63,915 bases of DNA, filler included, from Vannella sp. (GCA_023345925.1; 6 parts of 6 records of this genome joined end to end with filler, not necessarily neighbours in it), one strand, 5' to 3'. Positions 37,676 through 50,412 are shown, counted from the first letter of the whole stretch. The notes: a model not told the origin generated them from the sequence alone. Program-made: numbers and translations.

Positions 37676-38437
37676 ATCGAGTCTGAAACTAAATAGCCTT
37701 GTTGAGATACTCATTGGAGACATCTTGCACTTCTGCTAGCTGTTCAAAAGTGATCCCTCTCACCTCCGCCTTGATCCTTACGAGAGGTTAATCTTTAAGA
37801 GGCTGAACCATAACATGTGGGACACTGCAAGAGTGGAGCGACGTTTCCGAGTGGATTGTATCCAAGCAAGCACCCATTGAGGATCGATCCTCTTTCCTCC
37901 AACAAGCACATCTCTGAGGTTTGAGACTCTCAGAGTGGAACGAGGCGAAGCTGAAGACATCTTTAGAGGTGATAGATCTATCACTTGAAGTTGGACTTGG
38001 ACCGGCTTGACTGCTACAAATGGTGGTGCCAACCAACTCATTTCAGACACGTCCGAATGGAGTCGCTCCAGCTTCCTGCAAAACGTTAAGAGGAAGAGCA
38101 AGCTACTCCTTTTGAAGCGTTTTGTGCCTTCTTCGCAGCAAACAGCGAAAACAGAGCCATCAGATGATGGGGTCCTGCACTCCTGAGTGGATCTGGATCA
38201 TGTTACAGAGGGGTCCAGAGTGCCGACCCAAACTATGCTCTCCGCAACCAGAGTGTTACGAATGAGTGGCCTGCAAACGAAAGCCTAACGAGGACCCGAT
38301 GGACCGGCTGGCACCCAAATAAATGATTCTCAAACAATCAATCAATTAATGATTCAAACATTTATTCATGGTTAAAATCAGAGAAAAGAGGAAAGGGGTG
38401 TTGAAAGGCATTCTTTTGAAAGAGGGCTGAAAGTCAG

Positions 38438-41419
38438 ATGCTGCGTCTGTCAGCAGCAATGTTGCTGGTTGTGGGATTGGCCTTTCATTGCGTCTACATT
38501 CTGAGTATCTTTGATATCTACTTCCGGTCTCCACTCATTCATGGAATGGCGCCTCATACACCCTCCACTTCACCTTTGGCCGATCGCCTTGTTCTGTTTG
38601 TTGGTAGGTTGTGCGCTGCCCCTTTCATAAGATGATTAACGCGTATTAGCGGATGGTCTTAGAGCAGACAAACTCTTTGAACAAGTTCGCGTGGATGGTC
38701 ACACTGGCAGAGGAGTTACAAGAGCTCCTTTTCTTCGTTCGATGGCGGAGGCCGGTCAATGGGGCATTTCCCATGCGCACGTCCCTACAGAGTCTCGCCC
38801 TGGTCACGTGGCTCTTATAGCCGGCTTCTACGAGGATGTGAGTGCGGTACTGCGAGGATGGAAGACCAATCCGGTCGAGTTTGACTGTTTTTTCAATCAC
38901 TCGACACATTCATGGGCATGGGGGAGTCCAGATATCATTCCTATGTTCTCTGATAGCATATCACACATGACAGCAGACACATACCCTCCAGACTTTGAAG
39001 ATTTTGGCAGGGAAGGGTCCCACATGGACACTTGGGTGTTTGAGAGGCTCCAAAATCTATTGCAGGACTCGAAAAACGACAGAAACTTGGATTTGAAGTT
39101 AAAAAGCTCAAAGAACGTGTTCTTTCTGCATCTTCTTGGCATTGACTCGAATGGACACGCTTATCGGCCTTACTCGGAAGAGTATCTCAACAATATTGAG
39201 TTGATTGACAGTGGTATTGAGCAAGCTGTTGGAATGATTGATGGATTCTTTGGTGATAACAGGACCGCTTACATCTTCACTGCTGATCATGGGATGAGTA
39301 ACAAAGGGAGCCATGGGGACAGCGACCCCACAAATACTCTCACACCTCTCATCACCTGGGGATCTGGAATCGTAAGGTCCTTCCCTTCACTGCTTAGTTT
39401 TTATCTGACATTTGGTGAAGAGGCAGTCCTCGGTCTTTCAAAGTCCCCAAACCAATTTTTCGTATTACATGGATGATCGTGAGGCCCTTTGGCCGTTGGT
39501 TGTCGAGAGACACAAAGATAGAATGGACGTTGAACAAGCTGATGTGGCTTTACTGATGGTAAGCAAACCGATAACTACTCTGCAATCCTGTTGACATGTT
39601 GGGATTAGAGCGCTTTATTGGGAGTTACTTTTCCTATGAACGCTGTTGGTGTGGTTCCTACCCATTATCTGAATTGTACAGCGGAGGAAGAGGCTGAGCT
39701 ATTGTACACAAATGCAGAGACCATCCACGAACAAGTTCGCCGAAAATCCCAGTTGAAGAGAGACTCAGCAATATTCTTCAAGGACTTTGTTGCTTCTCTT
39801 GAGTGTAAAATCATTCTCAAGGAAATTCGCTCTCTGATCCAGAAAGGTTCTTTTCTGCAAGCATCTGATCTCTGCCGTCAATCGATTAAGCTTTCCCTAA
39901 GAGGATTGCATTATTTTCAGACCTATGACTGGACCTTCTTAATGAGCACTATCACTCTTGGCTTCATTGGATGGATGCTCTACGTGACTTTATTTATCTA
40001 CTCTAACTACATCGCACCTAGTGATGCGCTCCATTTACGCACAGAGCTCTCCTTTGTAAGCCAAGCTGTCCTTACTCTAAGTCTCTTTGTGGGCGTCTCT
40101 TCCAAACTATTTATTGAGCACGCGCCTGCCATCTACTACGCATATGTTTGGTTTCCCATCTTTTTCTGGTGCCAAGTGATTGCACAATACCAAACCACCT
40201 CTCGTGTGCTTGTGACCTTGCTACAAGATCCCCTCACTTCTATTGGATACGGTGTCCTGGCCATCTGCTTAATGGTTATCTTTGTTTTTTCATTTTTCCA
40301 GAGGTCAGTTCTGGCGGTTTGTGTGGCTACCATTGGTTTGTTTACTACCTATCACACTCGCTCCTTTGTTTCTTTACTGGTGTATGGACTAATGAGTATC
40401 TTCCCACTACTTCCGACAGACTACGGAGACGAAATTCTGTTTGTTAGAATTGGGTGTTTCTGCATGATCCCAATTACACTCCTACCGATGATGGTTGGAA
40501 GAAGGCACCCCCATCCTTCACAAAGACAGAAAATTGTTTGCTGCGCACAATGTACCCTTTCTATTGTCAGCTTCGTTCAAACCTGCACTACCCAGACAGG
40601 AACTATTGGCCATGTCATTAATTGGTCTGTTTGTGGTGAGTTTCTTCGAAGCTCTACCCCTAGGAAGCGAAACTGAATGAGTTTGAGTAGCTTTTTCTTT
40701 GGTTTTGCCATTCGTCTCTGATAACTATGCCTTTTTCCGGATGACCAGCATTTTCGTTGGTTTTGGGGTTCCGTACATCTTGCTGAGCATCAAGTAAGTT
40801 TTTGGAACCTACAACCAACATTCTGATTATCAACAGTTACGAACCACTGTACTATTTATGTCTTGGAGCAATGTTGTGTGTTTGGTACGATTCTGAAGTA
40901 CAAACCCGGCATATCACATCGAACGGCAAGATCTCTGTTCGATTAGCGTTATTTTATGTACGTTCAGTGATTCCTCTCTGCCAAACTAACGGCTCCCAAC
41001 AGTTAGTATTCTATTTCGTGGCATTTTTTGGAACAGGGAACATCGCAAGTATCAGTAGCTTCGAAATAAGCAGCACGTACAGATTCCTTCGTATATTCGA
41101 CCCCTTTGTGATGGGAGCTCTACTCATCTTCAAGGTTCTGATTCCCTTCGTGTTAGTCTGTTGCTGCTACATTCTCATCAACCGCACGCGTGGACAACCC
41201 GAATCTGGAAGTTTTTTCCTGGTGCTCAACATGTACGATGTCATTGCTATCAGCTTCTTCTTCCTTGTCCGAGACAGTGGTAGCTGGAAGGACATCGGCA
41301 TCAGCATCAGCCATTACATTGTCGCCTGCGTCTTTATCGTCATCCAATTAGGGCTCTTTGGCGTGTCCCAACTCTATTTATTCCACACTTTTCCGCACTC
41401 CAAAGAGAAACAAAAATAG
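38438..41419 (+). CDS. PIGN: GPI ethanolamine-phosphate transferase 1 (PIG-N/Mcd4), multi-exon
   Basis: SIFDIYFRSPLIHGM, RLVLFV|ADGLRAD, VPTESRPGHVALIAGFYEDVSAV, FTADHGMSNKGSHGD, GLHYFQTYDW, AFFGTGNIASISSF. Confidence 0.95.
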
Positions 41420-41520
41420 ACTGACAGGAATCGCTCCTCTTCACTGATTGGCTTGTCGGTCCTGGTTATTGGGGCCGGTGGACTGACTAGGGTTGCACTC
41501 CTCGTTTGTTTCATTCTATC

Positions 41521-41880
41521 ATGTCAATGTTTGGAGGAAGTGGAAAGTGTGCGAGATGCAACAAGTCGGTCTACGCTGCGGAGCAGAAGTTGGCGGAGAA
41601 CAAGATGTGGCATAGCCTTTGCTGGGCGCTCGAGTTTAAGGAACGTGAGGCCAACAAGAAGGCCCACAAGGATGAGGTCTCGTACAATAAGGCTGCGGAT
41701 GTGGCCCCTGCTTACTACCGTACTGCTGATGCGGCAGCCGGTGTCCCTGCTCGCCTTGAAGTTTCTGACAAGACCTCCTCTCCCAGCGCAGCCCAGATCG
41801 TTTCAGCTCTCTGCCAGTGCGGTCACAAAGCTGATCCTGGTGCCAAGTTCTGTGGCGGCTGTGGCACAAAGATAATCTAA
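41521..41880 (+). CDS. small protein with half-LIM zinc finger and C-terminal zinc ribbon
   Basis: KCARCNKSVYAAE...WHSLC (first LIM finger) and CQCG...AKFCGGCGTK (zinc ribbon). Confidence 0.8.
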   Translation: MSMFGGSGKCARCNKSVYAAEQKLAENKMWHSLCWALEFKEREANKKAHKDEVSYNKAADVAPAYYRTADAAAGVPARLEVSDKTSSPSAAQIVSALCQCGHKADPGAKFCGGCGTKII

Positions 41881-42427
41881 TCATAAACCTCCTGGTACTC
41901 CTCTCTGCCGTCAGATGATACTCCCAACGTGGCGTCCTCATACAATAAGAAACCTTCATGGCTGTGGGCAACCACTGAGTCGTTGCCAGCGCTTGTTGTT
42001 GAAAGCGGGCTTACGTGAAGTGTGAAGACAGCCCTCATGTTGGACTATGCTCTATCATGTTATATCCCACTTGAATCTCTTCCCAGTGGGTGCAAAGAGC
42101 GCAATCATGTCTGAAGGTACAAGAAGGTAACCTCCACAAAGAGGACCCTCGAGAAGACCTGATTTCACAACGATCTAAAGAAGACAACAACAAGCACCCA
42201 AGTATTGGACCTTCCCATCCGAAAAAAGTTGCTGAACGAGACAGCTGGAGAAGGAAACTGCGTGGAAGGGGAACACCTCCATCCTCTTGTAGCTCGGGAG
42301 GGTGAAATGCGAAAAGAATAATTCGATTGATCTTCGCAATCACGAAGAAAACAAATAGGCGAATTACTGTTTATTGGGAAAGGGGCGGGACGAGTAGATT
42401 TCATTTTCTGTTGTCTGCAAGGCCCTC

Positions 42428-43699
42428 ATGAGCTTCTTGAAGGGTAACAAAAGCAAGAAGGTTAAGAGCGCGCCGGAGGTTGTTCGGGGAATGCGTGAGG
42501 CCCTCTCAAGCTTGGAGAAGGCGAATGGGAACGAGAAGGTCATTGCGAAGGTAAGGTTGTGCGCCGTGGTGGCTCGTTGCAACGAATCCGATGTTTTTCT
42601 TTCCCTTTGGCACGTTTTCGCTGGTTCTGATCATAAACAGGCAGGCGAGGATGTGTCCAAACAGGCAGCAGCCATGAAGGTCATCCTTCACGGGGATTCC
42701 GAACACGAGCCCTCTCCAGATCAGTACCAACAGCTGGCCACGGAAGTGATGAGCTCAGGTCTCATCGCCCGCTTCATTACGAACCTCTCCGTCTTTGAGT
42801 TTGAGGTGGGAAGGTCCCTTCGTCCGTTGCAGCCACCAGCATTAACGAGGGGCGGGTAAACAGGCGAGAAAGGACGTTGCTGCTATTATCAACAACCTAC
42901 TCCGCAAGGAGGTAGCGGGACACTGCTTGGCGGCAGAGTACTTTGCAGAGAACCCCGCCAGCCTCTTCGCATTACTTCACGGGTCAGACAGCTCCTCCAG
43001 AGCACTCTCACCATCCCCTCTAATCTTGCAATAGCTATGAGAACCCAGAAATCGCTCTCAACTGTGGCACCATCCTTCGAGAATGCATTCGCCATGAACC
43101 TTTGGCGAAGACTCTTCTGTACTCTCCAGAGCTCTTCAAGTTCTTCACGTACGTTGAAGTAGCCAACTTCGACACGGCTTCCGACGCCTTTGCCTCATTC
43201 AAGGACCTTTTGACGCTCCACAAGCAAATCAGCGCAGAGTTCCTCGAGAAGACTTACGAGGACGTCTTCGCTGCCTACACTAAGCTGCTGACATCGAGCA
43301 ACTACGTCACTCGCCGTCTTTCCTTGAAGCTGCTGGGGGAGCTCCTCCTAGACCGGACACACTTCAACATCATGACCCGCTACATTAGCGAGCCTGACAA
43401 TCTCAAGCTGATGATGAATCTGCTTCGTGACAAGAGCAAGAGCATCCAGTTTGAGGCATTCCACGTCTTCAAAGTGTTCGTGGCCAACCCCAACAAGCCT
43501 CATGTCATTCTCGATATTCTCTTGCGAAACAAGGGCCGCCTTGTTCCCTTCCTGTCCGACTTCCAGAAGGATAGAGGTACGTCACTTACTTTGTAGCTGA
43601 GCTAGTTTGGAGCTGATCTGGGCTTCAGAGGCAGAGGACGAACAGTTCCGCGATGAAAAGGCGTTCCTTCTCAAGCAGATCGAGCAGCTGTCTGCTTAG
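42428..43699 (+). CDS. CAB39: MO25/CAB39 calcium-binding protein 39, multi-exon
   Basis: [64 protein letters not shown]. Confidence 0.95.
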
Positions 43700-43776
43700 G
43701 TTGGCCTCCTTCTTCCTTGGTACACGTAAGTAATACAGCTGTTTCTATGCAGCGCCTTGGCCGTCTATTAGCAGAG

Positions 43777-44689
43777 TTATCCGAGGCCTTGGGAGCGTCG
43801 GAATCGCTCGGCGGTGAGATCGTCTGTAGGGCCGTCTACTTGCTTGTCCTCGAATGTACGGACTAAGGCACGTCAGCTTGACTCATACGCGCACGGGAGG
43901 ACTCACGGCGACGGTAATGCACGACCGTTTCTTCTTGTCCGGGCGTCTCTTGCGTTTGTGAGAGCTTCTCTCGCGCTTCCTCAGTCGCTTGTATGTTCTT
44001 TAGGCGGTATCTAGACGTTTGAGTATGAGAGAGATCCTCCAGAAGGTTCTTTAAAGACGAACTCAGTTGGGAGGGAGACTTCCTCAAGGTTTCCCAGTTT
44101 GCTTGGCGCTACGGGAGGATCTGACTTGTCTACAACCTTGGATTTCAGGTGGTCGGGTGTGGAGAAGAGGATCTGGTCCTGATCAATGAAGAGGTTCAGC
44201 GGCGCCGCCACTTTCACTTCGCTGCCCACTCCTGCAGCCTCTGCCTCTGCTTTCCTCTTCTCCATGAGCTTTTGTTGGATGTAGGACTCCCTTCATGCCC
44301 CATGATTCAACGTCAGACCGTTCAGGGAGGGAAGAGGAAGCGCACGAACATCTGAATGTCGATGGCAGGGACTCGGGACTCGAGTGTGAAGGCTGTCTGC
44401 AGCCCTGTGGACTCTGCATCGGACCCCAGCCTACGCTTCTTCCGCAGCTGCTCCTCACTCTCCGCAGTGAAGCCTTTGGTTCGTTGGCGAAGAGATCGTT
44501 GGTACTTGGCGTCCTCCACGAGATCTCTGGCATCCGGCTTAGTCCCAGCGCCCCAGAGGGATCAACGATACCCCACCTCACAGTGGCTTCTTGCTCTTCC
44601 TCCTTCTCCTCTGAGGGGTCCTCTGCCACTCGCTTTCGTTCATTTCCCCGAACCTTCCGCTTCTTGAAGAGCGCAGCGCCGTCGCTCAT
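43777..44689 (-). CDS. C9orf78/Tls1-like splicing factor, multi-exon
   Basis: YIQQKL, LEEVSLP..YRLKNIQATEEAREKL and PTDDLTAERFRR match the HCA59/Tls1 family pattern. Confidence 0.75.
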
Positions 44690-44749
44690 GATCCGATGGA
44701 GAAATGGAATGGCTCACTGGAAAGACCACTTTCTACTCTACTTGTGAGC

Positions 44750-45880
44750 ATGTGGGCGGCTGCAGCGGGGCTCTTGGCGGTCTCGGTTGGCTGGTCCTTG
44801 TCGCGAAAGGAGGTTCAGGTGGACGTAGAAGGGGTTGATCGTGATGCAGTGGAGAGGATGAGGACGTTGATGAAGCCTTACTTGGTTCCTCGTGTGCTGA
44901 GGAGCTCGGGGTTGATGCTGGTGCTGGGGAGCATGTCAAAGTTCTCCTTGCCGGCAAACGCCTCCTTCCAGCGGGAGGTAGTGACTTTGAGTGATGGAGG
45001 ATCCGTGGCTTTAGACTGGTATCATGAAAGTCCCTCGCTACCAACGGAGAGGCCCGTCCTGATTGCTCTTCACGGGATAGCTGGACATGGACAGACGAAC
45101 TACATGAAGTTTCTTTGCCGGGAGGCTTCTCTCTGCTCAGTTAGAGTTGTCTGTATGAACGCTCGAGGTGCTGGAGGGTCTATTCTGACATCTCCGTGTG
45201 GATTCCACGCGGGAAAGAGTGACGATGTGCGCCAAGTGATAGAACACGTTCGTTCTTGCTATCCTGAAGCGCCACTACTCGCCATAGGATACAGCTTGGG
45301 AGGGAACATCCTTGGAAAGTATCTGGGAGAGTACCAAGACAATACACTCCTCCTAGCGGCTGCTTTACTCAGCAATCCCTTCGACTTGCAAGCTTCCAGT
45401 ACATTCCTTCGCCAGACTTGGTTTGGACGTTTCATAGACACCAAGATGACTACTAATCTAAAGCGGTGGCTCGAACCGCACCGGTCCACTCTAAGTGACA
45501 TTATTGACTTGGAGAAGATTGACCGTTCCCAGACCCTTCGAGACTTTGATAAGCACTACATCTTACCCATCTTCCGCCAGTTCAGCGATGTCGATGACTA
45601 CTACGCTCAGAGCTCCTCAATTCGCGCATTTGAGGACATCAGAGTCCCACTTTTAGTGATGCACTCGAAAGACGATCCCGTGTGCCCTGTTGAGGCTATC
45701 CCAACACCTTCTACGATGAAAGAGTTCCCAAGTAATGTATTGACAGTCATCACAACCACAGGAGCCCACGTATGCTGGTTGGATTCGGTCAATATGTGGA
45801 AACGAAGTTCTTGGGCTGAAGCGACTGCTCTCAGCTTCCTCCTCTCTCAACTCAACGAGAACGATGCTGTCATCCAATAA
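44750..45880 (+). CDS. alpha/beta hydrolase, ABHD1/2/3 (YheT/EHT1-like) family, intronless
   Basis: DGGSVALDW, LHGIAG, NARGAGG, GYSLGGNIL nucleophile, DDPVCP, GAHVCWL. Confidence 0.92.
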   Translation: MWAAAAGLLAVSVGWSLSRKEVQVDVEGVDRDAVERMRTLMKPYLVPRVLRSSGLMLVLGSMSKFSLPANASFQREVVTLSDGGSVALDWYHESPSLPTERPVLIALHGIAGHGQTNYMKFLCREASLCSVRVVCMNARGAGGSILTSPCGFHAGKSDDVRQVIEHVRSCYPEAPLLAIGYSLGGNILGKYLGEYQDNTLLLAAALLSNPFDLQASSTFLRQTWFGRFIDTKMTTNLKRWLEPHRSTLSDIIDLEKIDRSQTLRDFDKHYILPIFRQFSDVDDYYAQSSSIRAFEDIRVPLLVMHSKDDPVCPVEAIPTPSTMKEFPSNVLTVITTTGAHVCWLDSVNMWKRSSWAEATALSFLLSQLNENDAVIQ

Positions 45881-45924
45881 CGAATGCTTCGCAAGGTGGG
45901 AGAGAGGCCACAAAGGGTTTATGA

Positions 45925-47384
45925 CTACCATTGAGACTCTCCTGCACTTCCAAAAGACTGGTCTGTCTCTAACAAAGCCTCTACGGAGAACACTGGCACC
46001 TTACCCTTCTTTGGCGCATCTTTCTTCACTTGTGTCACAGAAACTACTCCGGAAGAGCGCTTCTTCATCGCCTCTCCCGGCTCTTCCTCAAGCTGTTTCG
46101 GTTTGGCGTCCTTTGGTGAGGGTTCCTTTGGTGTCAGGAGCGGAGTGGTAGCTCTGGGCTCTGGTTTCTTCGATGGCAGCTCTGCTGGCTTGGGCATCGG
46201 TTCGTCCTCGCTGTCTGAATCCAGTTGAAGTCGTTTTCCGGTGGAGACTCTCCCGCGTAGGACCATGGGAGCAGGTAGGAGCTTCTCTTTCTTCTCTATC
46301 TCGACTTTGGATCGCTTTCGGGAGGGCTCCTCACTCTCCTGATCACCAGAAGGGCGCTCTGATCGCTTGTTCGGACGAACCGTCGCTTCCTCTCCCGCTG
46401 GAACTCGCTTCCACTTCTTCCTACGGCGAAGATCATCGACTATCTTCCTTCCATCGAGGATCTTGACACGAGGGCAGAGCTCCCGGATGGTCGTTAAGTA
46501 GTTGTCTCGATCGCAGATGGGATTCCCCGCAAGGTTGAGCTGGATGAGGCATTCCAAGGTTCCCAGTACCTCCACGTACTTCCATTCGAAGATCTGATTG
46601 TGCCCAACGTCCACAATCTTCAGTTTGGGGGCGTGCTTCAAGCAAAGAGGCACGCTCGTCAACAGGTTGTGCGAAAGGCGAAGTTCTGTGAGTTGGAGAC
46701 CCCACCCTTGGTGAATAGAAGTAGTAGGAAGGACAGCGATGCGATTGTGCGTCGCACTGAGCTTCTTGAGACCCTTCAGCTTCTCCAAGCCGTCCAAAGA
46801 GGTCAACTCGTTGTGGGAGATCACCAGAGTGTTCAAGCTTTGCAGAGTGAACAGATCAGCGATGCTTTGGATCTCGTTGTTGTTCAGGACGAGTGCTTGC
46901 AGCTCCTTCAGGTCAGAGAGAGTCGTGATCACTTTGATCTTGTTGTTTGAGCAGTTCAGGACTTCCCACCTCTATTAGCGAGTGCTACGTGATAGGTTAA
47001 CTCGTATAGAGACTCACTTCGTAGCTTTGTGAGCTTGTTGATGCCTGAGATCGACTCCAGCTCGTTCATGGCGAGGGAGAGCCACTGCAATGACTTGTTA
47101 TGGACGATTCCGCCAATGTCCTTCAATCTGAGGCAGCCTAGATGTTCAGCCACCAACTAGAATGAAGAGGAACACCTTCTATACCTGTTCTCTTTGAGAT
47201 CCAAGCGGCGGAGCTCCACACAACCGCTGATGTCTTCAATCTCGTCGATGTTCCTTCACCTAGGTGAGCAAACGCGCCTCTCTCGAAGCTTCACTCACTT
47301 TCCCTTCAAGTCCAAACTCTCCACCTCCTGCAAATGCGTCCCTGGGACGACCTCCGATATCAACGCTCCCGACAACTTCACCAT
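45925..47384 (-). CDS. SDS22-type LRR protein with basic/acidic C-terminal tail, multi-exon
   Basis: LxxLxLxxNxI repeats, LRR cap LNLAGNPIC...Y...I..LCPRVKILDG, Lys-rich tail. Confidence 0.85.
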
Positions 47385-48057
47385 CGCGCCGCCGCCGCCT
47401 TGTCCAAATGACCCCGAAAGTCCTTCGTCTATCCAGATTGTATCGAAAACCACCCAAATGATCCCTCAGCGAAGCTAATCGCACTGACTGCGGTCACTTC
47501 CTGAGGGTTACGACCTGGCGCCCTGCAGGGTCCTCGGAGACCGTCTTCGAGGCAAACAAACGGATAATCGCGCCTGTGAAGGTGAAATGAGTGAGTCAGG
47601 CGTCTGGGAGCCTGCTATCTTCTTTGAGGGAGATCCTTGGAACGGGATGTCGATTCCTCTAACCTCCGCGCGATTAGAAAACCTTCCAACACGTGTAGAA
47701 AGTCACAGAACCGCGAGGAATGAATTGGCGATCCAAATCAACTTTCTGTCGAGCCTTTGGGAAAAAAATTGTTCCTTTCTTTTTTTTTTTTTGTTGAAAA
47801 AAACGAAGCGGACGGTGAAGAGAGTTGCCCGGACTTGATCTTCGCAGTACGTATCGAGAGTTGCGACGAAGACTTCATCGAATACATCGCAAAGGAGTCC
47901 ATCATTGATCACCAATCTGAGATACGGAGAGTTGGGTTGGCAGCTTCTCATCTGTCAGTTTGTTCTAATGATCCACGATGTGCTCGTCCCTTCTTTAGGG
48001 GCGTCTCAAGCCTTCCAAAAGAGTCATCAATTCAAACTTCACTTCCCATTTATTGAG

Positions 48058-49467
48058 ATGCCTTTGGGCGCTCACACGCTCCTCCTCTCCCTCGAAGGGG
48101 GCCTTTTGGCTTTTGGACACAACAATCAAGGCCAGCTCGGTCTCGGTAACATGAAGGATCAACACCAACCAGCGAAGGTCCCCTGGAGTGGGAAGGACCC
48201 GCGGCCGGTTCAGGTGGACTGTGGATGCGAACACTCCCTCGTCCTGGATGAGAAGGGCGGCGTGTGGGAAGCTGGTCGCCCCTGGGAGGTTCCCCAAACC
48301 CTACGATTCCAGAAATCGGTTCAGGTGGACTCTGGAAACACCGACTCCTTCCCCCTTGACGCGGTTCAGGTGAACTCTGTGTACACAGACTCCCTCCCCC
48401 TTAACGCGGTTCAGGTGGACTCTGTATACACAGACTCCCTCCCCCTTGACGCGGTTCAGGTGAACTCTGGAAACACAGACTCCCTCGTCCTTGACATGGT
48501 TCAGGTGGACTCTGGATACACAGACTCCGAATCCCTCGTCTTTGACGCGGTTCAGGTGGACTCTGGATACACAGACTCCCTCCCTCTTAACGCGGTTCAG
48601 GTGGACTCTGGATGCATCGACTCTCGCAGCTCTGATGAGGGAGATCAACCAACGTTTATGCAACGAGTTCAAGGACTACCATTTATCGTTTCGGTGGCTG
48701 CTGGCGTGTCACACAGCGCTGCCATTGACTCTGCAGGTGGCCTTTGGGTGTGGACAAGGGAGACCGATCTCTCTTGGGCAAGTACTCTTCCCCAACGAGT
48801 GGAAGGCCTCCCTTCACTTATCAGGGTGGCTTGTGGTAACAGATTCCTCGTGGCAGAGACCGAAGAAGGCCTCTGGGTGTTGGGAGACAACTCCTCCGGA
48901 CAACTTGGCCTCGGCCACACCAACAGCGCTTCTGAACCAACCCGTGTCCAAGTGAAAGATCTCTCGGAAGGACCTCTTCGATGCCTGGCAGCCCAAGGAA
49001 AGGGAGTCCTTCTCATTGACTCGCAAGGAGCCGTCTTCTCTGCTGGGAGTAACAGCAGTCGCCAACTGGGGCGGCCCTCTTCTGGAGATTGTGATTTAGC
49101 GCTACAGCGAATCATTGACATCCCTCCCATGGTTGCGGTCTCTGGTGGATGGGTTCACGGTCTCTCTCTGGATGAGAACGGCCGCGTTTGGTCCTGGGGA
49201 CACGGTGGATACGGGCAATTGGGGACAACCAACACTGGTATTCAGCCCCAGCCCGCTCTGGTCCCTTCATTGAAAGGAATCAGCGCCCTGATTGCTGGAG
49301 GATTGCATTCTTTGGCGTTCCCACAGGAAGGCGGCCTGCTGGTCTTTGGAGAGAACGATCACGGACAACTCGGACTCCATCATGTGCCCCGCCAATTCAC
49401 TCCTACGCTTTGCCCAGTCCAGCCCGCTCTCCCTCATTCACCCGAAGCAAAGGGGAGACTCCCTTAG
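48058..49467 (+). CDS. RCC1-repeat protein with internal tandem-repeat insertion, intronless
   Basis: FGHNNQGQLGLG, CGCEHSLVLD, AAGVSHSAAID, GDNSSGQLGLG, WSWGHGGYGQLG, FGENDHGQLG. Confidence 0.9.
   Translation: MPLGAHTLLLSLEGGLLAFGHNNQGQLGLGNMKDQHQPAKVPWSGKDPRPVQVDCGCEHSLVLDEKGGVWEAGRPWEVPQTLRFQKSVQVDSGNTDSFPLDAVQVNSVYTDSLPLNAVQVDSVYTDSLPLDAVQVNSGNTDSLVLDMVQVDSGYTDSESLVFDAVQVDSGYTDSLPLNAVQVDSGCIDSRSSDEGDQPTFMQRVQGLPFIVSVAAGVSHSAAIDSAGGLWVWTRETDLSWASTLPQRVEGLPSLIRVACGNRFLVAETEEGLWVLGDNSSGQLGLGHTNSASEPTRVQVKDLSEGPLRCLAAQGKGVLLIDSQGAVFSAGSNSSRQLGRPSSGDCDLALQRIIDIPPMVAVSGGWVHGLSLDENGRVWSWGHGGYGQLGTTNTGIQPQPALVPSLKGISALIAGGLHSLAFPQEGGLLVFGENDHGQLGLHHVPRQFTPTLCPVQPALPHSPEAKGRLP
48319..48624 (+). 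repeat. 45-bp coding minisatellite, 7 units (one of 51 bp)
   Basis: Units start at 48319, 48364, 48409, 48454, 48499, 48550 and 48595 (gttcaggtgractctg...) and encode VQVDSGYTDSLPLDA-like peptides. Confidence 0.95.
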
Positions 49468-50092
49468 ACTCATTTTGCGTCTTCAGGTCGCTCTCCAGGA
49501 CCGAAAGGAGGCCATCTTAACTACAATAAAGGGCATAAGGAAGACCTACCGAGAATAGATCCTCTTGGCACCCTGCCAACGGATCTGTTCTACAGCAGTC
49601 AAGCGTTTCCTCCGCTTTGCAACAGTGTAAGGGAGAGATCGATTGAAGGTGCTTGATCCACTCTCAACGCTCTCTTCTGTGGAGCCGCTCGAAAAAGGTT
49701 GAAGGAGAATTGGCCATACTTAGCACAACCATGCTCTTAGACACTCAGAATTAGTAGATGAATGACTCTTTGACGCATTCGGGAGGAGTTAACACAAAGA
49801 AGAGCGAGGAGGACCGGTTCCCCACTGTCGTCGCTCACGGATGAACTCCTCAGTGGATCTTTCCGGTTGCCATATGCACCTTTTTGCTTCCTGCCATATC
49901 TTCCACTACTCGAAGCTCGTTGATGTAAGTGTGGATTGAAGAAGCCTCACATTCAATGTCAAACCTGCCTACACGAGCACAAAGTGATTTGAACCACGAA
50001 GATTGAATTGAATTGGTCCAATAAATACGAGAAGAGCGAATTTTCGTGCCTTTCTGAAAGTTTTCGCATTTTCTTACTTCCCATTCTTCGTC

Positions 50093-50152
50093 ATGCCTTT
50101 GGGCGATCACACGCTCATCATCTCCCTCGAGGGGGACCTTTGGGCTTTTGGA
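50093..50152 (+). CDS. 5' end of another RCC1-repeat paralog (truncated by contig end)
   Basis: MPLGDHTLIISLEGDLWAFG versus MPLGAHTLLLSLEGGLLAFG at 48058. Confidence 0.8.
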
Positions 50153-50252
50153 NNNNNNNNNNNNNNNNNNNNNNNNNNNNNNNNNNNNNNNNNNNNTTAA
50201 TTAATTAANNNNNNNNNNNNNNNNNNNNNNNNNNNNNNNNNNNNNNNNNNNN
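50153..50252. other. artificial contig linker
   Basis: N44-TTAATTAATTAA-N44. Confidence 0.98.
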
Positions 50253-50412
50253 CGAGCTCTCATATCCCCAACACGAGAAAGCCTCGAAGCATTCCTTCCA
50301 TACGCAGGAGGAACACCCACTTCACTCATTTGGACCAAATAATAAACACTGGTGTAAAATTGAACCTCAAAAGTGAAAACCCAGAAACTCTTCGCAACTG
50401 TAAAGTTGCGGC

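Noticed and set aside
37676..38300. Short minus-strand ORFs at the contig start (similar ORFs at 33780-34150, 42035-42400 and 49520-50090)
   Set aside because: No recognisable motifs or consistent splice model, so they cannot be supported as genes.
48319..48624. 45-bp repeats as CRISPR or mobile-element ends
   Set aside because: They are head-to-tail with no spacers, in frame, and derived from the host RCC1 coding sequence.
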